A DNA stretch of 64,000 bases. Origin: Eledone cirrhosa. Its lineage: Eukaryota. This document shows positions 23,167-32,700 of the stretch, piece by piece. The stretch lies in the NCBI GenBank assembly GCA_964016885.1, contig OZ024744.1, positions 125,612,001 to 125,676,000 of the forward strand, written 5' to 3'. The notes under the pieces are model-generated. The model saw nothing but the letters and a program-made list of their open reading frames with translations, did not search any database and was not told where the DNA came from. Each line of letters begins with the position of its first letter. Position 1 is the first letter of the stretch. A program made the translations under genes and the position numbers.

Positions 23167-26100
23167 TCGGAGAGGGAGCGATCCGTCTGCTTGATTCCGA
23201 TAACGAACGAGACATTCGTATCCGAAAGAACGTTTGTCTGGAAACTGGTGAGTCAGTGAGTCGAAAAAAAAATATCTCGGTGGTAGTAGCAAATATTCGT
23301 ATGCGAAAGAAAAGATCTCGGTGGTAGTAGCAAATATTCGAACGAGACATTCGTATGCGAAAGAACGTTTGTCGGTGGTAGTAGCAAATATTCGAACGAG
23401 ACATTAGTATGCGAAAGAACGTTTGTCGGTGGTAGTAGCAAATATTCGAACGAGACATTCGTATGCGAAAGAACGTTTGTCTGGAAGTGGCGATCCATGC
23501 CCGGTGGATAGTTGGTTCCGGGTTTTACTATGATTGTTGCAAAACAAAAACTTAAAGGGATTGACAGAATTTGCGATTCCGGAGAGAGGGCGATCCGTCT
23601 GCTTGATTCCGATAACGAACGAGACATTCGTATCCGAAAGAACGTTTGTCTGGAAACTGGTGAGTCAGTGAGTCGAAAAAAAAATATCTCGGTGGTAGTA
23701 GCAAATATTCGAACGAGACATTCGTATGCGAAAGAACGTTTGTCGGTGGTAGTAGCAAATATTCGAACGAGACATTCGTATGCGAAAGAACGTTTGTCTG
23801 GAAGTGGCGATCCATGCCCGGTGGATAGTTGGTTCCGGGTTTTACTATGATTGTTGCAAAACAGAAACTTAAAGGGATTGACAGAATTTGCGATTACGGA
23901 GAGGGGGCGATCCGTCTGCTTGATTCCGATAACGAACGAGACATTCGTATCCGAAAGAACGTTTGTCTGGAAACTGGTGAGTCAGTGAGTCGAAAAAAAA
24001 ATATCTCGGTGGTAGTGGCAAATATTCGAACGAGACATTCGTATGCGAAAGAACGTTTGTCGGTGGTAGTAGCAAATATTCGAACGAGACATTCGTATGC
24101 GAAAGAACGTTTGTCTGGAAGTGGCGATCCATGCCCGGTGGATAGTTGGTTCCGGGTTTTACTATGATTGTTGCAAAACAGAAACTTAAAGGGATTGACA
24201 GAATTTGCGATTCCGGAGAGGGGGCGATCCGTCTGCTTGAATCCGATAACGAACGAGACATTCGTATCCGAAAGAACGTTTGTCTGGAAACTGGTGAGTC
24301 AGTGAGTCGAAAAAAAAATATCTCGGTGGTAGTAGCAAATATTCGTATGCGAAAGAAAAGATCTCGGTGGTAGTAGCAAATATTCGAACGAGACATTCGT
24401 AGGCGAAAGAAAAATATCTCGGTGGTAGTAGCAAATATTCGAACGAGACATTCGTATTCGAAAGAACGTTTGTCTGGAAGTTGCGATCCATGCCCGGTGG
24501 ATAGTTGGTTCCGGGTTTTACTATGATTGTTGCAAAACAGAAACTTAAAGGGATTGACAGAATTTGCGATTCCGGAGAGGGGGCGATCCGTCTGCTTGAT
24601 TCCGATAACGAACGAGACATTCGTATCCGAAAGAACGTTTGTCTGGAAACTGGTGAGTCAGTGAGTCGAAAAAAAAAATATCTCGGTGGTAGTAGCAACT
24701 ATTCGAACGAGACATTCGTATGCGAAAGAACGTTTGTCGGTGGTAGTAGCAAATATTCGAACGAGACATTCGTATGCGAAAGAACGTTTGTCTGGAAGTG
24801 GCGATCCATGCCCGGTGGATAGTTGGTTCCGGGTTTTACTATGATTGTTGCAAAACAGAAACTTAAAGGGATTGACAGAATTTGCCATTCCGGAGAGGGG
24901 GCGATCCGTCTGCTTGATTCCGATAACGAACGAGACATTCGTATCCGAAAGAACGTTTGTCTGGAAACTGGTGAGTCAGTGAGTCGAAAAAAAAAATATC
25001 TCGGTGGTAGTAGCAAATATTCGTATGCGAAAGAAAAGATCTCGGTGGTAGTAGCAAATATTCGAACGAGACATTCGTAGGCGAAAGAAAAATATCTCGG
25101 TGGTAGTAGCAAATATTCGAACGAGACATTCGTATGCGAAAGAACGTTTGTCGGTGGTAGTAGCAAATATTCGAACGAGACATTCGTATGCGAAAGAACG
25201 TTTGTCGGTGGTAGTAGCAAATATTCGAACGAGACATTCGTATGCGAAAGAACGTTTGTCGGTGGTAGTAGCAAATATTCGAACGAGACATTCGTATGCG
25301 AAAGAACGTTTGTCGGTGGTAGTAGCAAATATTCGAACGAGACATTCGTATGCGAAAGAACGTTTGTCTGGAAGTGGCGATCCATGCCCGGTGGATAGTT
25401 GGTTCCGGGTTTTACTATGATTGTTGCAAAACAGAAACTTAAAGGGATTGACAGAATTTGCGATTCCGGAGAGGGGGCGATCCGTCTGCTTGATTCCGAT
25501 AACGAACGAGACATTCGTATCCGAAAGAACGTTTGTCTGGAAACTGGTGAGTCAGTGAGTCGAAAAAAAAATATCTCGGTGGTAGTAGCAAATATTCGAA
25601 CGAGACATTCGTATGCGAAAGAACGTTTGTCTGGAAGTGGCGATCCATGCCCGGTGGATAGTTGGTTCCGGGTTTTACTATGATTGTTGCAAAACAGAAA
25701 CTTAAAGGGATTGACAGAATTTGCGATTCCGGAGAGGGGGCGATCCGTCTGCTTGATTCCGATAACGAACGAGACATTCGTATCCGAAAGAACGTTTGTC
25801 TGGAAACTGGTGAGTCAGTGAGTCGAAAAAAAAAATATCTCGGTGGTAGTAGCAAATATTCGAACGAGACATTCGTATGCGAAAGAACGTTTGTCGGTGG
25901 TAGTAGCAAATATTCGAACGAGACATTCGTATGCGAAAGAACGTTTGTCGGTGGTAGTAGCAAATATTCGAACGAGACATTCGTATGCGAAAGAACGTTT
26001 GTCTGGAAGTGGCGATCCATGCCCGGTGGATAGTTGGTTCCGGGTTTTACTATGATTGTTGCAAAACAGAAACTTAAAGGGATTGACAGAATTTGCGATT

Positions 26101-27765
26101 CCGGAGAGAGGGCGATCCGTCTGCTTGATTCCGATAACGAACGAGACATTCGTATCCGAGAGAACGTTTGTCTGGAAACTGGTGAGTCAGTGAGTCGAAA
26201 AAAAAATATCTCGGTGGTAGTAGCAAATATTCGAACGAGACATTCGTATGCGAAAGAACGTTTGTCTGGAAGTGGCGATCCATGCTCGGTGGATAGTTGG
26301 TTCCGGGTTTTACTATGATTGTTGCAAAACAGAAACTTAAAGGGATTGACAGAATTTGCGATTCCGGAGAGGGGGCGATCCGTCTGCTTGATTCCGATAA
26401 CGAACGAGACATTCGTATCCGAAAGAACGTTTGTCTGGAAACTGGTGAGTCAGTGAGTCGAAAAAAAAATATCTCGGTGGTAGTAGCAAATATTCGTATG
26501 CGAAAGAAAAGATCTCGGTGGTAGTAGCAAATATTCGAACGAGACATTCGTAGGCGAAAGAAAAATATCTCGGTGGTAGTAGCAAATATTCGAACGAGAC
26601 ATTCGTATTCGAAAGAACGTTTGTCTGGAAGTTGCGATCCATGCCCGGTGGATAGTTGGTTCCGGGCTTTACTATGATTGTTGCAAAACAGAAACTTAAA
26701 GGGATTGACAGAATTTGCGATTCCGGAGAGGGGGCGATCCGTCTGCTTGATTTCGATAACGAACGAGACATTCGTATCCGAAAGAACGTTTGTCTGGAAA
26801 CTGGTGAGTCAGTGAGTCGAAAAAAAAAATATCTCGGTGGTAGTAGCAAATATTCGAACGAGACATTCGTATGCGAAAGAACGTTTGTCGGTGGTAGTAG
26901 CAAATATTCGAACGAGACATTCGTATGCGAAAGAACGTTTGTCGGTGGTAGTAGCAAATATTCGAACGAGACATTCGTATGCGAAAGAACGTTTGTCTGG
27001 AAGTGGCGATCCATGCCCGGTGGATAGTTGGTTCCGGGTTTTACTATGATTGTTGCAAAACAGAAACTTAAAGGGATTGACAGAATTTGCGATTCCAGAG
27101 AGAGGGCGATCCGTCTGCTTGATTCCGATAACGAACGAGACATTCGTATCCGAAAGAACGTTTGTCTGGAAACTGGTGAGTCAGTGAGTCGAAAAAAAAA
27201 TATCTCGGTGGTAGTAGCAAATATTCGAACGAGACATTCGTATGCGAAAGAACGTTTGTCTGGAAGTGGCGATCCATGCTCGGTGGATAGTTGGTTCCGG
27301 GTTTTACTATGATTGTTGCAAAACAGAAACTTAAAGGGATTGACAGAATTTGCGATTCCGGAGAGGGGGCGATCCGTCTGCTTGATTCCGATAACGAACG
27401 AGACATTCGTATCCGAAAGAACGTTTGTCTGGAAACTGGTGAGTCAGTGAGTCGAAAAAAAAATATCTCGGTGGTAGTAGCAAATATTCGTATGCGAAAG
27501 AAAAGATCTCGGTGGTAGTAGCAAATATTCGAACGAGACATTCGTATGCGAAAGAAAAATATCTCGGTGGTAGTAGCAAATATTCGAACGAGACATTCGT
27601 ATTCGAAAGAACGTTTGTCGGTGGTAGTAGCAAATATTCGAACGAGACATTCGTATTCGAAAGAACGTTTGTCTGGAAGTTGCGATCCATGCCCGGTGGA
27701 TAGTTGGTTCCGGGCTTTACTATGATTGTTGCAAAACAGAAACTTAAAGGAATTGACAGAATTTT
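23167..27765 (+). repeat. rRNA-derived chimeric satellite: 13 units of ~209 bp + n x 54 bp
   Basis: Unit lengths include 263, 317, 359, 372 and 576 bp, with a 994-bp higher-order repeat (26034 to 27028). Contains SSU motifs CGATTCCGGAGAGGG, GATAACGAACGAGAC and GAAACTTAAAGG.ATTGAC, and LSU motif GATCTCGGTGGTAGTAGCAAATATTC. Confidence 0.92.
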
Positions 27766-27789
27766 CGAATCGACATCAACTCGGCTACG

Positions 27790-28150
27790 GCTATCCCGTC
27801 GAGTACGAGAGTATCGCGGGATCAGAGCAACGGTTTGCTAGGCTGCCTCTGAGCGATAACGGCTGAACGCCTCCTCTAAGCCGGAACCCTAGCCGGACCC
27901 GAGTTGTTTTTCGACAAGCGTCTCGACCTTCTTAAGGCCCATGCCTTAGTTTGGCGATTGCCGTCCGTTCGCCGGCAGCGTCAGCGGAAATGCCATTCTG
28001 TGACGACTACGACGATTCGTCGTCGTCGTCGTCCATTCGATTTCCTGAAAGAGATAGAGACTAAAGTGATCAAATTGTTCGGAGTTACGTGCTTAGTAGA
28101 GCAGCTACCACACTGCAATCTATTGAGAGTTTTCTGACGAACGATACAAT
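27790..28150 (+). pseudogene. 28S rRNA: 28S rRNA 3'-terminal fragment (diverged, internally deleted)
   Basis: AGTACGAGAG (sarcin-ricin loop region, truncated), GCTGAACGCCTC(CTC)TAAG, and GTAGAGCAGCTACCACACTGCAATCTATTGAGAG matching the terminal GCAGAGCAGCT...CTGCGATCTATTGAAAG of metazoan 28S. Confidence 0.82.
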
Positions 28151-28566
28151 CCGCCCACGTGGCGCCAGAAAGGGAGAAGAAAAGAAAAGTTAGACGCCGC
28201 CGATCGATCGGTTCGTTGTTTTACGTGTACACAGCTTGTGTGTGTGTCTGTATGTGATACAAGCCGCCTATCCGTCTTCCAAGTAAGTTTTGTGTGTAGA
28301 CTGCGGAAAGAAATCCAATCCGCCGTCTAGGCGGTTCTGCCGCCGACCCATACTTTTGCGAGTCGCTCCCGGGAAAGACAGGCGGCAAGACGGCGTGTAT
28401 ACACGACGCCTTCCGTCTTCCGCCTCGAACCCGGGCAAACGTTCCTTTATTCGTCCACGCCTTCCCGCTTCGATCGCGAGAAAGTAATCAATCTGTTTTG
28501 TGTGTGTGTCTGTGTGTGATACAAATTTGTTTTCTTAATTTGATAACCATGAATTGTTTCAACACC

Positions 28567-28582
28567 GGCCCTTTTAAGGGCC
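28567..28582 (+). promoter_or_regulatory. Histone-mRNA-type 3' stem-loop, orphan
   Basis: AACACC-GGCCCT-TTTA-AGGGCC-ACTTA: 6-bp stem, 4-nt loop and flanks fit the SLBP-site consensus. No histone ORF upstream. Confidence 0.55.
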
Positions 28583-29007
28583 ACTTATATTTTCAATAAT
28601 CAGTTTAAATGGGTTGCACCGTAGCCACTTGGTAATACACTGCAAATCTCCCGTCAATCTATGAAGGTTTTGTAGTAGATTAGATCAAAACACAATCAGC
28701 AAGACAGTAATGGAATGAATAATATAAACATTTGTTTATAATTAAAGCCTTAAGATGTCCCTCCCTCCCTCCCTTCCTCCCTTCCTTCCTTCCTTCCTTC
28801 CTTCCTTACGATATACACTTTAATAACATTGAAACTTATTTAATAAGTTTAAATTTTAAACACTTTTTATTCAGACGTACCGCGATAAGTAACTAGATAT
28901 GTTCTAACGAATAATCCGCGATGTGGCGAGGATTACCGCGATAGGAAATTAGATACGTTCCAAAGAAATATCCGCGAAAAGTGAACCGCGATATAGCGGG
29001 TTCACCA

Positions 29008-29353
29008 GCCAGTGTATTACTGGTACTTTATTTTATCGACCCCCATAAGGATGAAAGGCAAAGTTAACTGTGCAATAACAAAGGGAGATAACCTCGTCTT
29101 TTTTTTTTTACGGAGTTATTTCCCTTTAAATTTTATCTATTACTTATGATGATACAATTTAATCAGTTCTTAGCTGTCGAGACACTGCATCCTTTAAAAC
29201 CTCCATGGAACAAGCTACCTGCAACAGTTGTTAGCTGTCGAGACACTGCATCTTTTAAAACCTCCATGGAACAAACTACCTGCATCAGTTGTTAGGGTCT
29301 GAGTTCAAATCACGCCGAGGAGGTTAACTTTGCCTTTCATCCTTACGGGGTCG
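29008..29353. mobile_element. Inverted pair of SINE fragments flanking a 61-bp CR1-derived tandem dimer
   Basis: 29008-29068 is the reverse complement of the SINE core, 29295-29353 is the forward core, and 29162-29294 matches the CR1 ORF2 C-terminus. Copy 2 at ~61125-61470. Confidence 0.75.
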
Positions 29354-29562
29354 GTCGGAAAACGAACCATTCCCGGTTCGCTTTCGAAGCGGGTTTCCGA
29401 AAACAGCGCTTCTCTCGACCGGGCCCGTCGTCCGCTCGGCGGTGGTTTTCATCGTCCCAGGCACGGCTAACAGGCGGAGACGGGACAAACGCGCGTGTTC
29501 CTTTTTTTATCAGCCGCAGCGCCGTTCGTATATATGCTTAGGTTGTTTTTTTTTTAAATATC

Positions 29563-29778
29563 CTAAGTTAAGTTGGGGCTAAGTTAAGTTGGGGCTAAGT
29601 TAAGTTGAGGTTAAGTTGAGTTGGGGTTAAGTTAAGTGGGGGTTAAGTTAAGCTGGGGTTAAGTTAAGTTGGGGTTAAGTCAAGTTGGGGTTAAGTTAAG
29701 TTGGGGTTAAGTTAGGTTGGGGTTAAGTTAGGTTGGGGTTAAGTTAAGTTGGGGTTAAGTTAGGTTGCGGTTAAGTTA
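29563..29778 (+). repeat. 16-bp G-rich repeat (GGGGTTAAGTTAAGTT)n, ~13 units
   Basis: Directly visible; spaced G4 runs. Confidence 0.93.
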
Positions 29779-32700
29779 CATTCGCCGCCGGACTTCAGCT
29801 TCCTCATTTAGCATGGGCAGTTTTTCTTGAAAATCACACCACACACAGCAAATGTGTGTCCGCACATGTACCAGTAATTACAGATCGATTCCGGTGAAAA
29901 TTCACTGTAAACGGGCCATCCGGCCCTGTGCGTCGATCGTGGGCCGGCCGGATGTTGACGGATCGATGTGTAATTAGAAGTACATGTGCGGACACTCATT
30001 GGCTGTGCGTGGTATGCATTTCAGCAAGATATCTCCGTAACATCAAGAGTTATGGCTGTGGAGGCACACCTAGTCAAACGTAAACAAGGTCTGGAGCGTT
30101 TACGCTTCGCGATTTTGTTTACGTTTGACTAGGTGTGCCTCCACAGCCATAACTCTTGATGTTACGGAGATATCTTGCTGAAATGCATACCGCGCACAGC
30201 CAATGAGTGTCCGCACATGTACTTCTAATTACACATCGATCCGTCAACATCCGGCCGGCCCACGATCGACGCACAGGGCCGGATGGCCCGTTTTCAGTGA
30301 ATTTTCACCGGAATCGATCTGTAATTACTGGTACATGTGCGGAGACACATTTGCTGTGTGTGGTGTGATTTTCAAGAAAAACTGCCCATGCTAAATGAGG
30401 AAGCTGAAGTCCGGCGGCGAATGGTGTGCTTCGAAGAAAACTAATTCGAAAATGACCGTTTGCAGGCGGAGTAACCTTTTCGATCGTGGGCCAGCCGCCC
30501 GTGGTGGGATCCATCTGTAATTACTGGTACATGTGCGGACATACATTTGCTGTGTGTGGTGTGATTTTCAAGAAGAACTGCCCATGCTAAATGAGGAAGC
30601 TGAAGTCCGCCGGCGAATGGTGTGCTTCGAAGAAAACTAATTCGAAAATGACCGTTTGCAGGCGGGGTAACCTTTTCGATCGTGGGCCAGCCGCCCGTGG
30701 TGGGATCCATCTGTAATTACTGGTACATGTGCGGACACACATTTGCTGTGTGTGGTGTGATTTTCGAGAAAGACTGCCCATGCTAAATGAGGAAGCTGAA
30801 GTCCGCCGGCGAATGGTGTGCTTCGAAGAAAACTAATTCGAAAATGACTATTTGCCGGCGGAATCACCTTTTCGGTCCTGGTCCGGCCGGATCTTGCCGG
30901 ATCGATCGGAAATTTGTGGACCATGTTCGGAAGGCCATTGTGCATGTGTGGTGAAAAAAATTTGTGTCGAAATCTTCTCGGAAAATAACGGATCGCCGGC
31001 GGAGATTGCCATTTCGATCGTGGGCCGGCCGGATCTTGTCGGATCGATTCGGACATATGTGCATCGTGTTCGCAAGGCCCTTGTCTATGTGTGGTGTGAT
31101 TTTCATAAAGAAATTCCGAAAAACCCAGTTTTAAATCTGATTTCGCCAAAGAATTTTGGCTATCAGATCGGGTTGAAAGGTATGGTTTCAGGTCGATCTG
31201 AAAGTCTAAAATGGAATTCACTCGGTTAGCTAACTATTGATATATCGGAGATATCTTTCTGAAAATCACACCACACACTCCCAATGAGTGTCTGCACATG
31301 TACCAGTAATTACAGATGGATCCCACCACGGGCGGCCGGCCCACGATCGAAAAGGTTACTCCGAAGCACACCATTCGCCGGCGGAATTCATTTAGCATGG
31401 GCAGTTTTTCTCGAAAATCACACCACACACAGCCAATGAGTGTCCGCACATGTACCAGTAATTACAGATGGATCCCACCACGGGCGGCTGGCCCACGATC
31501 GAAAAGGTTACTCCGCCTGCAAACGGTCATTTTCGAATTCGTTTTCTTCGAAGCACACGATTCGCCGGCGGACTTCAGCTGCCTCATTTAGCATGGGCAG
31601 TTTTTCTCGAAAATCACACCACACACAGCAAATGTGTGTCCGCACATGTACCAGTAATTACAGATCGATTCCGGTGAAAATTCACTGAAAACGGGCCATT
31701 CGGCCCTGTGCGTCGATCGTGGGCCGGCCGGATGTTGACGGATCGATGTGTAATTAGAAGTACATGTGCGGACACTCATTGGCTGTGCGTGGTATGCATT
31801 TCAGCAAGATATCTCCGTAACATCAAGAGTTATGGCTGTGGAGGCACACCTAGTCAAACGTAAACAAGCTCTGGAGCGTATACGCTTCGCGATTTTGTTT
31901 ACGTTTGACTAGGTGTGCCTCCACAGCCACAACTCTTGATGTTACGGAGATATCTTGCTGAAATGCATACCACGCAAAGCCAATGAGTGTCCGCACATGT
32001 ACTTCTAATTACACATCGATCCGTCAACATCCGGCCGGCCCACGATCGACGCACAGGGCCGGATGGCCCGTTTGCAGTGAATTTTCACCGGAATCGATTT
32101 GTAATTACTGGTACATGTGCGGACACACATTTGCTGTGTGTGGTGTGATTTTCGAGAAAAACTGCCCATGCTAAATGAGGAAGCTGAAGTCCGCCGGCGA
32201 ATGGTGTGCTTCGAAGAAAACTAATTCGAAAATGACCGTTTGCAGGCGGAGTAACCTTTTCGATCGTGGGCCAGCCGCCCGTGGTGGGATACATCTGTAA
32301 TTACTGGTACATGTGCGGACACACATTTGCTGTGTGTGGTGTGATTTTCGAGAAAGACTGCCCATGCTAAATGAGGAAGCTGAAGTCCGCCGGCGAATGG
32401 TGTGCTTCGAAGAAAACTAATTCGAAAATGACTATTTGCCGGCGGAATCACCTTTTCGGTCCTGGTCCGGCCGGATCTTGCCGGATCGATCGGAAATTTG
32501 TGGACCATGTTCGGAAGGCCATTGTGCATGTGTGGTGAAAAAAATTTGTGTCGAAATCTTCTCGGAAAATAACGGATCGCCGGCGGAGATTGCCATTTCG
32601 ATCGTGGGCCGGCCGGATCTTGTCGGATCGATTCGGACATATGTGCATCGTGTTCGCAAGGCCCTTGTCTATGTGTGGTGTGATTTTCATAAAGAAATTC

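Noticed and set aside
23167-27765. CRISPR-like array
   Set aside because: The sequence between repeats is itself repeated (no unique spacers), there are no cas genes, the context is eukaryotic and the motifs are rRNA-derived.
22975-28150. Functional 45S rRNA gene
   Set aside because: Only the ends and short scrambled motifs are present; no recognisable 5.8S, 18S 3' end or peptidyl-transferase centre.
27790-28150. R2/R1 insertion as the cause of the rDNA disruption
   Set aside because: The R2 target (TTAAGGTAGC) region is not seen and no R-element sequence lies within the module.
28610-28690. Possible 5S rRNA or snRNA remnant
   Set aside because: Similarity is too weak by eye; no intact internal control boxes or Sm site.
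28870-29005. ACCGCGATA repeats and a GTGAACCGC...GCGGGTTCAC hairpin as a Pol I terminator
   Set aside because: Equally consistent with the end of a Tigger/pogo-like MITE; cannot be assigned from sequence alone.
29563-29778. True chromosome end
   Set aside because: Internal, non-canonical 16-bp unit, continued by other sequence in both copies.
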